Source: Neocallimastix sp. 'constans'
Taxonomy: Eukaryota
Length of the DNA stretch: 64,000 nt
Direction of reading: 5' to 3'
Assembly: GCA_050613775.1 (NCBI GenBank)
Contig: JBODTK010000124.1
Location: 62,001 to 126,000 of the forward strand
Made by a program: the position numbers and the translations under genes. A model generated the notes under the pieces. That model saw nothing but the letters and a program-made list of their open reading frames with translations. It did no database searches and was not told the origin of the DNA. Shown in pieces: positions 13,548 to 33,430 of the stretch; the stretch's first letter is position 1, and each line of letters begins with the position of its first letter.

Positions 13548-13800
13548 AACATTGAAAAATAAAATAAAAATAAATAAACATTTTATTTTTTAATGCTTAA
13601 AAAATAAAATAAAAATAAGAAATAAGAAAACTTTTTTTTTAAACATTGAAAAATAAAATAAAAATAAATAAACATTTTATTTTTTAAGCATCAAAAAATA
13701 AAAAAAAAAAAAAATAAGAAATAAGAAAACTTCTTTTTTAAACATTAAAAAATAAAATAAAAATAAATAAAAATTTATTTTTTAAGCATTAAAAAATAAA
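13548..13800. repeat. ~3 tandem copies of a 93-99-bp subterminal unit
   Basis: AACATT(G/A)AAAAATAAAATAAAAATAAATAAA... recurs at 13548, 13642 and 13741. Confidence 0.8.
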
Positions 13801-14032
13801 AAAAATAAAATAAAACAAAAAAATAAAAAATAAAAAATAAAAATAAAAATAAATAAATAAAATAGTAAATAAAGAAATAATAAATAATTAATAATTAAAT
13901 AATTATTTAAATAATTATATAATTAATTAAAAAAAGGTTTATTATTTTAAATATTAAAAAAAAAAAAAAAAAGTTTCGAAGCATTTAAAAGTATATTTAT
14001 TAAAATATTTTATTGAAAAATTTTAATTATTA

Positions 14033-15470
14033 ATGGAAGACAATATAGAAATTGAAATAAGTGAAACAAATCGAGGAAATGAACAAATTATTATTAATAA
14101 AAAACACAAATTTAATTTTTCATTTCAAAGGAAAGATAAATCAAAAATTTATAGATGCACTGAATATAAGACTTTAAATAAATGTAAATCTTTAATTATT
14201 TTAAATGATAAAAAGGAGGTTTTAAAATATGAAAGTTTACATAACCATCTCGAAAAAGAAATTGATGTGTCTATATCAGTAGCAAAGCATAAAATTAAGG
14301 AAGAAATTAAGAAAAATTCAATTCCTATGGATATAGAACCTAAACATATGTTTAATGCCGTTTCTCAAGAAATGGGACTTATATGTCCCGAATATAGTAC
14401 AATTAGATCCCAAATAATAAGAAATATAAATAAACAATTTCCTCCAAACATAAAAGGTTTTGATGATATTCCCATTGAATCAGAATATTATAAAATGAAA
14501 AGAAATGAAAATTTTATGATATTTAAAAATACTGATCTAATAATCTTTCAATCACCATTCCAAGCATATTTATTTTCGAATTATCATAAAAATATATTTG
14601 CGGACGGTACATTTTATGCAGCACCGAAATTTAGTTATCAGTTATTCATAACAAGAACTTATGTTGGGGAATTTAATATGTTTAACACTACTTCCATTTC
14701 TATATTAAAAAATAAAAAACAATCTACATATGAAACATTATTTAAAGAAATAAAAAAAAAAATGCAAATAAATTTAGGAGTAATACATTAATTACTACAA
14801 TTAATTTTCATTGTGATTTTGAACAAGGTATATCTAATGCCGCAAAAAAAGTTTTTCCCAATATAAATATTAAATATTGTGTTTGGCATTACAAAAGATC
14901 ATTAGAAAAACAAAAAAATATATTATGTTATCATGAAGTGAAGAATGATAATGATGTATATATTTATTATAAAGCTATTTCGAACTTATCGTTTATAAAC
15001 CCTAACTATATATTTGATATTTATATTATAATAAAAAGAATTTGTCAAAAAAAAAGTATAATAATTTTCTGCAATTTTTAGAATATTTTAATAAAAATTA
15101 TTTACTTAAGTATAATGTTAATAATTGGAATTATTATGAAAATATAGAGCATTTAACAAACAATGCATCAGAATCTTATAATAGCTACTTAAATAATATA
15201 TTTCCAAATAAACCTTTATTTTATAAATTAATATATATATTAAAAGAAGAAGAAAAATTATCTTATAATGATTATCAAAGGAGAACTAAAGGAAATTGGA
15301 AAAAAAAGCAAAAAATATTTAGTGCAACTGATGAAATTAAAATTTTAATTGAAAATTACAAAAGTAAGGAAATAAATTTATTTTATAATGGATGCAACAG
15401 AAATGAATTAATTAAATTATGGAAAGAATGTTTAATTGATTTAAACGATATAAATATTAATTTAAAATAA
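14033..15470 (+). CDS. MULE DDE transposase, ~478 aa, split by two frameshifts in A-runs
   Basis: N-terminal YRC..C..HNH zinc-finger-like motif. Catalytic motifs FADGTF, HCDFEQGISNAAKKVFP..YCVWHY (alternate frame 14762-15046) and TNNASESYNSYLN. Confidence 0.88.
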
Positions 15471-15819
15471 ATAATCTTAATTTAAAAAAATGCTAGAAAA
15501 ATACAAATTTATTTACCTACTGTGTTTATTTAATAATCTTAATAGAAATTATCTTTTAGTTATTTTTATTAAGTAATTTATAACTAAAACCGATTTATTT
15601 GATACTAGTTAAAATTTTATTAATATCAATATCAATATTATATAATTATAAATTTTATTAATATCAATATTAATATTATATAATTAAAAATTTTATTAAT
15701 ATCAATATCAATATTATATTATTATAAATTTTATTAATATCAATATACTTTTCAAAATTAATTATGTTATTAAAAATATTAAATTCAATAAAAGATTTTT
15801 ATTATTTTATTAAAATTAT

Positions 15820-18800
15820 AATATTCTACTTTTTATTTTATTTTATTATATTATATTTTATTTTATTATATTATATTTTATTTTATTTTATTTTATTTTA
15901 TTTTATTTTATTTTATTTTATTCAATCTGTACTTTCTTATTTAATATTCTACTTTTTATTTTATTTTATTTTATTTTATTTTATTTTATTTTATTTTATT
16001 CAATCTGTACTTTCTTATTTAATATTCTACTTTTTATATTATTTTATTTTATTTTATTTTATTTTATTTTTTTTTTTTATTTCATTTTATTTTATTTTAT
16101 TTTATTTTATTTTATTCAATCTGTACTTTCTTATTTAATATTCTACTTTTTATTTTATTTTATTTTATTTTATTTTATTTTATTTTATTTTATTTTATTA
16201 TATTCAATCTGTACTTTCTTATTTAATATTCTACTTTTTATTTTATTTTATTTTATTTTATTTTATTTTATTCAATCTGTACTTTCTTATTTAATATTCT
16301 ACTTTTTATTTTATTTTATTTTATTTTATTTTATTTTATTCAATCTGTACTTTCTTATTTAATATTCTACTTTTTATATTATTTTATTTTATTTTATTTT
16401 ATTTTATTTTATTTTATTTTATTCAATCTGTACTTTCTTATTTAATATTCTACTTTTTATTTTATTTTATTTTATTTTATTTTATTTTATTCAATCTGTA
16501 CTTTCTTATTTAATATTCTACTTTTTATATTATTTTATTTTATTTTATTTTATTTTATTTTATTTTATTTTATTCAATCTGTACTTTCTTATTTAATATT
16601 CTACTTTTTATTTTATTTTATTTTATTTTATTCAATCTGTACTTTCTTATTTAATATTCTACTTTTTATATTATTTTATTTTATTTTATTTTATTTTATT
16701 TTATTTTATTCAATCTGTACTTTCTTATTTAATATTCTACTTTTTATTTTATTTTATTTTATTTTATTTTATTTTATTTTATTTTATTCAATCTGTACTT
16801 TCTTATTTAATATTCTACTTTTTATTTTATTTTATTTTATTTTATTTTATTTTATTTTATTCAATCTGTACTTTCTTATTTAATACTCTACTTTTTATTT
16901 TATTTTATTTTATTTTATTTTATTTTATTCAATCTGTACTTTCTTATTTAATATTCTACTTTTTATATTATTTTATTTTATTTTATTTTATTTTATTTTA
17001 TTTTATTTTATTCAATCTGTACTTTCTTATTTAATATTCTACTTTTTATATTATTTTATTTTATTTTATTTTATTTTATTTTTTTTTATTTCATTTTATT
17101 TTATTTTATTTTATTTTATTTTATTTTATTCAATCTGTACTTTCTTATTTAATATTCTACTTTTTATATTATTTTATTTTATTTTATTTTATTTTTTTTT
17201 TATTTCATTTTATTTTATTTTATTTTATTTTATTATATTCAATCTGTACTTTCTTATTTAATATTCTACTTTTTATTTTATTTTATTTTATTTTATTTTA
17301 TTTTATTTTATTTTATTCAATCTGTACTTTCTTATTTAATATTCTACTTTTTATTTTATTTTATTTTATTTTATTTTATTTTATTCAATCTGTACTTTCT
17401 TATTTAATATTCTACTTTTTATTTTATTTTATTTTATTTTATTTTATTTTATTTTATTTTATTTTATTTTATTTTATTTTATTTTATTTTATTTTATTTT
17501 ATTCAATCTGTACTTTCTTATTTAATATTCTACTTTTTATTTTATTTTATTTTATTTTATTAAATCTGTACTTTCTTATTTAATATTCTACTTTTTATAT
17601 TATATTATTTTATTTTATTTTATTTTATTTTATTCAATCTGTACTTTCTTATTTAATATTCTACTTTTTATTTTATTTTATTTTATTTTATTTTATTTTA
17701 TTTTATTGTATTCAATCTGTACTTTCTTATTTAATATTCTACTTTTTATTTTATTTTATTTTATTTTATTTTATTTTATTTTATTTTATTTTATTTTATT
17801 TTATTCAATCTGTACTTTCTTATTTAATATTCTACTTTTTATTTTATTTTATTTTATTTTATTTTATTTTATTTTATTTCATTCAATCTGTACTTTCTTA
17901 TTTAATATTCTACTTTTTATATTATTTTATTTTATTTTATTTTATTTTATTTTTTTTTATTTCATTTTATTTTATTTTATTTTATTTTATTTTATTTTAT
18001 TCAATCTGTACTTTCTTATTTAATATTCTACTTTTTATTTTATTTTATTTTATTTTATTTTATTTTATTTTATTTTATTTTATTCAATCTGTACTTTCTT
18101 ATTTAATATTCTACTTTTTATTTTATTTTATTTTATTTTATTCAATCTGTACTTTCTTATTTAATATTCTACTTTTTATTTTATTTTATTTTATTTTATT
18201 TTATTTTATTTTATTTTATTCAATCTGTACTTTCTTATTTAATATTCTACTTTTTATTTTATTTTATTTTATTTTATTCAATCTGTACTTTCTTATTTAA
18301 TATTCTACTTTTTATTTTATTTTATTTTATTTTATTTTATTTTATTTTATTCAATCTGTACTTTCTTATTTAATATTCTACTTTTTATTTTATTTTATTT
18401 TATTTTATTTTATTCAATCTGTACTTTCTTATTTAATATTCTACTTTTTATATTATTTTATTTTATTTTATTTTATTTTATTTTATTTTATTTCATTTTA
18501 TTTTATTTTATTTTATTTTATTTTATTCAATCTGTACTTTCTTATTTAATATTCTACTTTTTATTTTATTTTATTTTATTTTATTTTATTTTATTCAATC
18601 TGTACTTTCTTATTTAATATTCTACTTTTTATATTATTTTATTTTATTTTATTTTATTTTATTTTATTTTATTTCATTTTATTTTATTTTATTTTATTTT
18701 ATTTTATTCAATCTGTACTTTCTTATTTAATATTCTACTTTTTATTTTATTTTATTTTATTTTATTTTATTATATTATATTTTATTTTATTTTATTTTAT

Positions 18801-18840
18801 TTTATTTCATTTTATTTTATTTTATTCAATCTGTATTTTC
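15820..18840. repeat. Composite satellite: ~36 copies of CAATCTGTACTTTCTTATTTAATATTCTACTTTTT separated by variable (ATTTT)n
   Basis: Copies counted by eye; the core is nearly invariant and spacer length varies. Confidence 0.97.
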
Positions 18841-19231
18841 TGTTAATAATATAAACAAGGTATTAATGTATTAATAATAATTAATAATATTTAAAATAAA
18901 ATAAAAAAAAATAATTATTTTATATATGTAGTAATTATATATATAAATATATATATATATTTTTATTTAATTTTCTAAAAAAAATTTTTTTAGTCATAAT
19001 AAACGTTTGTCTTAATTTTTTTATTATTATTTAAAAATTTATTTATTCATTTATAATTTATTTATTCATTTATTTATTTATTACATTATAATACGCCATA
19101 TTTTCCGAAATGTACTACAACAAAATACAAATTTATAATAAAAATTTTCGAAATGACACACCCCCTAATCATTTATTCATGTATTACAATGTGGCTTATA
19201 AAAATAAATGAATAGGATAGGGTTAAATTTA

Positions 19232-19234
<3 letters not shown>

Positions 19235-19262
<28 letters not shown>

Positions 19263-19452
19263 TAATAACATTTACAGTAAAAAAAAAAAATATATAATAA
19301 AGTAATAAAATTAAATTTTAATAAATAAATAAATAAAATTACATTTTTTTTTTTTTTTTTTTTTTAATTTTAATAACATTTACAGTAAAAAAAAAATATA
19401 TATATTAAAGTAATAAAATTAAATTTTAATAAATAAATAAATAAAATTACAT
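19235..19452. repeat. Tandem duplication, ~110 bp
   Basis: polyT-AATTTTAATAACATTTACAGTAAAA...AAAATTACA occurs twice. Confidence 0.85.
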
Positions 19453-20109
19453 TATATTAATAAATTTCATAAATAAATTATAGAACTTTTCCCAGTAAGA
19501 GATACTGCGTACTTTATCAATTATAACCCAAAATTCCTGAATAACAATAAATAATAATGAATAATAATGATAATAAAAAATTGTCATGATAAATATCTTT
19601 TTTTTCATTAAAAATAGAAATGAAATGTTTTAAAAAAAAATATAAATGAAATGTTTTAAAAAAATATTGTCATTAATGTATATTCATTTTGGATTTCTCT
19701 CTTTCAGAACAATACTAAATACTTAACTAAAATATACAAAACATACAAAATATAAAAATATAATATAAAAATATAATTTATATTGATATATATTAATATA
19801 ATAATTTATATTTAATAACAAATTTAGACCTATTTATTAAAAAATATTGATATAATTTTAATTTAATAATGTATATTTATTAAAAATAATATTATGATAT
19901 AGAATAAAACTTTAAATAATAATAATTTAGATAAATATATTAAAAAGTTATATATATAAATTACATAATTATTACATAGTAATATGAAATTATTAAAAAA
20001 GTTTAAAAAAATTGAAAAATGTTAAGAGTTTGAAATGCTAAATAAAGATGTGTTGCATTTCCAAACGTGACTGCTAATATTATTACATCGTGAATTTTTA
20101 AAATTCCTT

Positions 20110-20247
<138 letters not shown>

Positions 20248-20449
20248 TATATTATAATCAGGTTGAATAATAAATAAATAAAAACTGTGTTTTATTATTA
20301 AAAAATAAAATGTTTCTAAATCCATTTGTAACAAAAAAAAAAAAAAAAGACTGAATAATTAATATTAATTTATTTATAATTAATAAAAATAAATGATAAA
20401 ATAATTAAATATAAATAATGAATAATATAATATATATTTGTTATAAAGT

Positions 20450-20672
20450 GGTTTTGAGCTTATCTTTTATAAATCTTGAATATATAATTGATATTAATAG
20501 AAAAATTAGGTATGAAACAAATAATAATGACCAATTTTTGAAATTTTAGAATATTTAAAAAAAAACTATTTAAAAAATTATAAAAAATAGAATTATTATA
20601 ACAATATAGATCAAATTATTATAACAAATAAAGCATCAGAATCTTTCAATAACTATTTAAATAATTTATTTT

Positions 20673-20714
<42 letters not shown>

Positions 20715-20770
20715 ACCATTTTATATATTAATATACAAATTAAAAAAAAGAAGAATTTTTATCTTAAATA
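20450..20770 (+). pseudogene. Fragment of a MULE transposase C-terminus
   Basis: Reads LSFINLEYIIDI...LEYLKKNYL...TNKASESFNNYLNNLF, similar to 14985-15250. Confidence 0.75.
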
Positions 20771-20963
20771 CATTTTATAGATTCCAAGAATATTTTATTT
20801 TTTAAATATGTATATAATGAAAATTTAGAAAATATTTTATTTTTAAATAAAATTTTTGAATAGTACTTTATTTTTAAAGAATATTATATTTTTAAAGAAT
20901 ATTATATTTAAATATTTAAAAGATATGTAAAATTTTTAATTTTAATTTTAATTTTAATTTTTA

Positions 20964-21011
<48 letters not shown>

Positions 21012-21260
21012 AAAATATATATAAAAAGAATAATAAAAATAAAGAATCTTCAAATCTGATATTATTTATTAAAATTAATTATTTATTAATTTATTTATTA
21101 AAATTTTGTTAACTCCACATTTTCAAAAATAAATATTTAAATATTTTGATTAAATTTTACTTAGTATAATAGATAAAGATGGGAGACACAATGAATTTCC
21201 ATCCATTATTCATTAATATTAATTGGTTAATTGGTTATTTAATTAACACCAATGATAATA

Positions 21261-21413
<153 letters not shown>

Positions 21414-22038
21414 TATCAACAACAATAATAATAATTAAAAAAGTAATTTAATATAATAAATATATTAATATTATATATTTATATTATTTTTAATATAATA
21501 TATAATTTAATTATTCAATTATTCTTTATTAATTATCATTTATAATATTAATATTAAAAATAGATATATATTATTATTTATAATTTATATATAATTTTTA
21601 ATATTAAGATTATAAATAATAATTAATAAAGAATAATAAATCAAAGCAATAGTAATAAATCAAAGCAATAGTAATAACTATAATAAATAAACTTTTTTTT
21701 TTTTTTTTTTAATTTATAATTTTTTAAAGATTTCTTTTTTAAAAATTGATTGATATAAATAAGAATTCATTTCTTCAAAAATTTTAATTATAAAAGTTTA
21801 AAATTTATAATAATAAAAAAAAATAAAAATAAAAATAAAAATAAAAATAAAAATAAAAAGAAAGGGTAATATATTATTTTTTTTTTCTAATTTATAATTT
21901 TTTTTTTTTCGTTTTGTTTATAAAACGAAATTAACTGAAATATATATATATGTAAAATATATTATTAATACATATATTTATAATTAATTATATATATAAT
22001 TTAAATATGTATATATTATTTTTTAAATTATAAGCATA

Positions 22039-23322
22039 ATGAAATTTCTTAAGTCTTCTTTAATATTATTAAGTGCTAATATAGTTTTAGGAAATTTTGT
22101 CATAAATTTTCCTGAATTACCAAAAGTTAGTTATGATTTAGGTGAATATAAGGAATGCTTTATTGATTTGAGATCTTCTAAAGAAGATTATGACTTGGAA
22201 AATCATGACAGTTTTTGTAAAATATTCAATTCTTCAAAATGTCAAATGTTCTTTAAAAATCCTAAAAAATATTTAAAAAATATTTCAAATATTAAAAATT
22301 ATGAAAAAGTTAAAACAGATATCAAAATGAAAAAAGCGTATCTTGATTTTGCTTGTTTACAAGTTGGTGAATATAATGATTATTGTCCATTTATTGAAAA
22401 TTATGTAAAAGGATATGCCGATGTTGTTAATTACGTTGGTGTTCCTAAAAGTAAAAGTGCTCTAAATAATAACTGTGAATCAGTCGAATGTTCTGAAGCT
22501 TTCTATAATTATTATAAAACTTATTATAGTGGAATTAAGAAATTAGGAAGTAAAGAAGTTGCAAAGGAATATAAATATGGCGTTAATTACCAAAAAAAAT
22601 GTATTAAAAATGCTAAAGCTTTAAAGAATGAAGAAAAATCAACTACCACCGAAGATGATGAACATGAAGACCAAACAACTACTGAAAGTATTGTCGAAGC
22701 CCCACTCTCTATTTACTATAACATAACTTCTAAGTATAATGAATGTGTAAAAGATATTGATACTATCATGTCTTTAAAAGAACTTAAAGAATACTGTGTC
22801 ACTTTTAATTCATCCAATTGTAAAAAGTTCTACAAAAATCCAAAACGTTATTTGTCAGATGTTTCTAAAAAAGATTACACTATTGCTTTAGCTGATATTG
22901 AAAGAATTAATATGAAGTTTAAGTATGCCTGTACTTCTTATTCAGAATATGATAACTATTTGTTGGATGATGCCGATTTTTTTGAAGACGAAGAATTTTT
23001 AGGAAAATTTCAAAACTTTACAATAATTGATAAAGATGACGAATACTATTATGTTTTCCAAAAGCCATTCTGTCCTTTAATTGAAAGAAAAATTTATAAT
23101 AATGCTGGAAAAAGAATAGGTCATCACACTTTAAAGAATCAACCCTCCCGTAACTGTAGATATGAAGAATGTGCTAAAGCTAGCTATGATTATAGTGTTG
23201 CTGCCTATAATTATTATAAATTAATTAATGATAAGGAATCCATGGAAGAATTTCTTGATGAAATTGAATATGATCAAGAATGTATAGATATCGATTACTT
23301 TATAAGAACTTTTATTGTTTAA
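22039..23322 (+). CDS. Intronless secreted protein, 427 aa, with two tandem Cys-rich domains
   Basis: Signal-peptide-like start MKFLKSSLILLSANIVLG. Internal repeat FCKIFNSSKCQMFFKNPKKYL / YCVTFNSSNCKKFYKNPKRYL joined by a T/E/D-rich linker. Confidence 0.9.
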   Translation: MKFLKSSLILLSANIVLGNFVINFPELPKVSYDLGEYKECFIDLRSSKEDYDLENHDSFCKIFNSSKCQMFFKNPKKYLKNISNIKNYEKVKTDIKMKKAYLDFACLQVGEYNDYCPFIENYVKGYADVVNYVGVPKSKSALNNNCESVECSEAFYNYYKTYYSGIKKLGSKEVAKEYKYGVNYQKKCIKNAKALKNEEKSTTTEDDEHEDQTTTESIVEAPLSIYYNITSKYNECVKDIDTIMSLKELKEYCVTFNSSNCKKFYKNPKRYLSDVSKKDYTIALADIERINMKFKYACTSYSEYDNYLLDDADFFEDEEFLGKFQNFTIIDKDDEYYYVFQKPFCPLIERKIYNNAGKRIGHHTLKNQPSRNCRYEECAKASYDYSVAAYNYYKLINDKESMEEFLDEIEYDQECIDIDYFIRTFIV

Positions 23323-23325
23323 ATT

Positions 23326-23357
<32 letters not shown>

Positions 23358-24135
23358 AAGAAGAAGAAGAAGAAAAGATAATTATAATTAATGATTAGTA
23401 TTATTATAATTTTAAGTAAAAATAAATTAAATTATATTATAATATATATAATACAAAAAGTTCATTTATAAATATTTAAAAATATATAAATATTTATAGA
23501 TGTATTATATGTATTATTTTATTAATAATATATATATATATATATTTTTTTTTTAAAAAAAAAAATCATTAATGGTTAGTGTTATTATTATAGTTTTTAA
23601 TAATAATAAATTATAAATTAAAAAAGTATAATTAATGATAAATAGTATTATTATTATAATTTTTAATAATAATAAAATATAAAATTAAATTAAATTATAT
23701 AATTATATAAAATATATAAAATATTAATAAATGTATTATCTGTATTATTAATAATCTATATTTTAATAATAATCTATATTAATAATTTTTAAAAAACTAA
23801 AAAATATTTTAGTTATATAAATATAAAAAAGTATTAAATATATATAATGATATATAAATACTATAAATAATAAAAAATAAAAATTATCATTATAATCAAA
23901 ATATTAATATTTTATAATAAAAATTGTAAGGTTCACATGAAGGAAGACCATCAAAATTCTTGTGATAAGGAGAGTAATGATAAAAAATTTCAAAAATTGT
24001 GAAATGATTGTTTTTGGTATAGTTGCTTATTGCAGTCATTTGTAATAAATATCATTTATGAAAGTTTTTAATTTTATAAAATTTTGAGAAATAATATCAT
24101 TTTTCTTCCATGCATTATTTTACTTCATAAATTTT

Positions 24136-24178
<43 letters not shown>

Positions 24179-24469
24179 GAAATATATATTATACAATATA
24201 ATTTAATCAATTGTAAATTGTATTAAATATAATTTATATCGGTTGTATTTTTCAATTTTTTTTTTCTTTTTAAAAAAAAAGTAATAATAAAATTAATAAT
24301 GTATAAATAAATATATAAATATATAAATAAATATATAAATAAATATATAAATTAAAAATAATAATAATAATAATAATAAATCAACTTTAATTATATATGC
24401 CGAGTCTTCTATGATTATTATTGATTTGAAATGATTATTACATTGTAATGAAAAAATTTTTAAAACTTT

Positions 24470-24507
<38 letters not shown>

Positions 24508-24737
24508 ACAGGGAAGAGAATACATTTCCATAAATTTATTAATCTTATTATAAAAAATACATGTTGGTGAAAAGTACATTATAAATTAAAAATAAAAAAT
24601 AAAAGTTAAAAAATATAAAATAAAAAAGCTCAAAAATACTATATATTTCGGCAAGTTGTACTGTGTGGGAATTTTCCCTTTCTAACAAATAAAAAAAAAA
24701 TAATAAAACCTAAAAGTAACATCTTTAAAATAGATAG

Positions 24738-25008
24738 TGTTGGTGTCCACTAAACTCTCTCCCCGGATTCATCATTTATTGAACTACTAAAGGCGAGATT
24801 CACCCTTTCGTAGAAATAGATGATAATCCTGTATTATCAGTACGACGTCGACGCTCTTGGTTAAGTTTGGTTTTTTTTGGAATACCTATCAAATAATAGC
24901 TCAAACGAACTACTTATGATAGGTATTTGCTCTAGTTAAGAATTTCGCCAAGCTCACAATTATTGGAATAAGTGACTCAGATGAACCTTTAAATAAAAAG
25001 TAGTTCAT
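24738..25008. ncRNA. Candidate structured non-coding RNA, family unassigned
   Basis: GC-enriched intergenic island with no long ORF and several nested inverted repeats. Confidence 0.4.
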
Positions 25009-25560
25009 TTAATAGTTAAAAATTTTCAAAAAAAAAATAATATTTTCGATAATTTATATCAATATAAAATTAAAATTTTAATAAATAACAATTTTTTACA
25101 TAAATATAAAAAGTAAAAATTATATAAAAATTAAAGTTTGAAGTAATTTTAATTATAATTTAAAGTCTTATTGGATGAGAATTAATAAGAATCTAAATTT
25201 TATATGATTTACGAAAAATCTTTTAATCATATATAATATAAATAAAAAAATTAAAAAAATCATAAATAAATAATAATAATTATTATTAATTATTATATAT
25301 ATATTATATTTTTTTATTATTATCTTTTATTCTATTTTATTTTTTTTAGTTATTTTTTTTTTTTTTTATTTTTTTTTGCTATTTATTATTATTTTTTTTT
25401 TTATATTTTTTTTATTTGATTATTTCCTTAATTTTTCAAAAAATTTTAATTATTATTATTAATATTAATATTATTATTATTATTATTTTATTTTATTTAT
25501 TTTATTTTTATTTTTTTTTCCCTTTTTATATCATTTAGTTAAATAAATAATAAAGAAAAA

Positions 25561-25591
<31 letters not shown>

Positions 25592-26015
25592 TTTAGATTA
25601 AATTTTTATTTTAATTTCAAAATTTAAAACAAAATATATGTTATTAAAATATTTCTTTAATTATAATATTTTTATAATCATAATACTTTTAATAACAAAA
25701 TTTTTCTTTTCTTTAATTTCATAATTTACTAATAATAATACTATTATATTTCTAATCACAGATAATAAAATGGATTTAAAAAAAAAAAAAAAAAATTTTT
25801 TTTTATTAATTATATATTACTAATATAATATTATTGAAATCTTTATTTTTTTCTTTATTGATATTATTGAAAGCTATGTAACAAAATGAAATATATAAAA
25901 ACTAATAATGATTACTGATAGTTATTGAAATATATATTGAACAATTAATTCTTGTGTACTGAATTGTATTAAATATTTATAGATATATATATAAAATCTG
26001 TGTTTCTCTTAAAAC

Positions 26016-33169
<7,154 letters not shown>

Positions 33170-33396
33170 TTCATTTAAATCATAGGTATATATTTATAAG
33201 TATTATTGAAGATATAACAAAATTTAAATTAATTTTGTTAATTGAAAATTAATTAATTTTTAAAAAATGAAATTTAATATTTTATTAGCAGATAAATTTT
33301 ATTATTGCTTAATAAGGGTTTTAAAGCAAATCAATTATTTTCTTATTTTATTTTATTACACTATTTTTTTTTTTTTTTACCCTTTTTATGTTTTAG

Positions 33397-33430
<34 letters not shown>

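Larger units (their letters stand above)
13161..19165 (+). mobile_element. Mutator-like DNA transposon with ~52-bp imperfect terminal inverted repeats
   Basis: Left end GGGGAGTGTGCATTTCGAAAATTTTTATTACAAAAATTTGTATTTTGTTGTA (13161-13212) is inverted at about 19115-19165. Encloses a MULE transposase. No target-site duplication seen. Confidence 0.8.

Noticed and set aside
15820..18840. CRISPR array
   Set aside because: Spacers are only (ATTTT)n rather than unique sequences; no cas genes; eukaryotic context.
21179..21196. ATGGGA(GA)CACAATGAA motif shared with about 61697
   Set aside because: Too short and isolated to define an element.
24755..24855. U3 snoRNA or U5 snRNA on the minus strand (GTCGACGTCGTACT...CAGGATTA; CGCCTTTAGT)
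   Set aside because: No downstream box D CTGA for U3; the U5 loop GCCTTTTAC is not exact and no convincing Sm site was seen.
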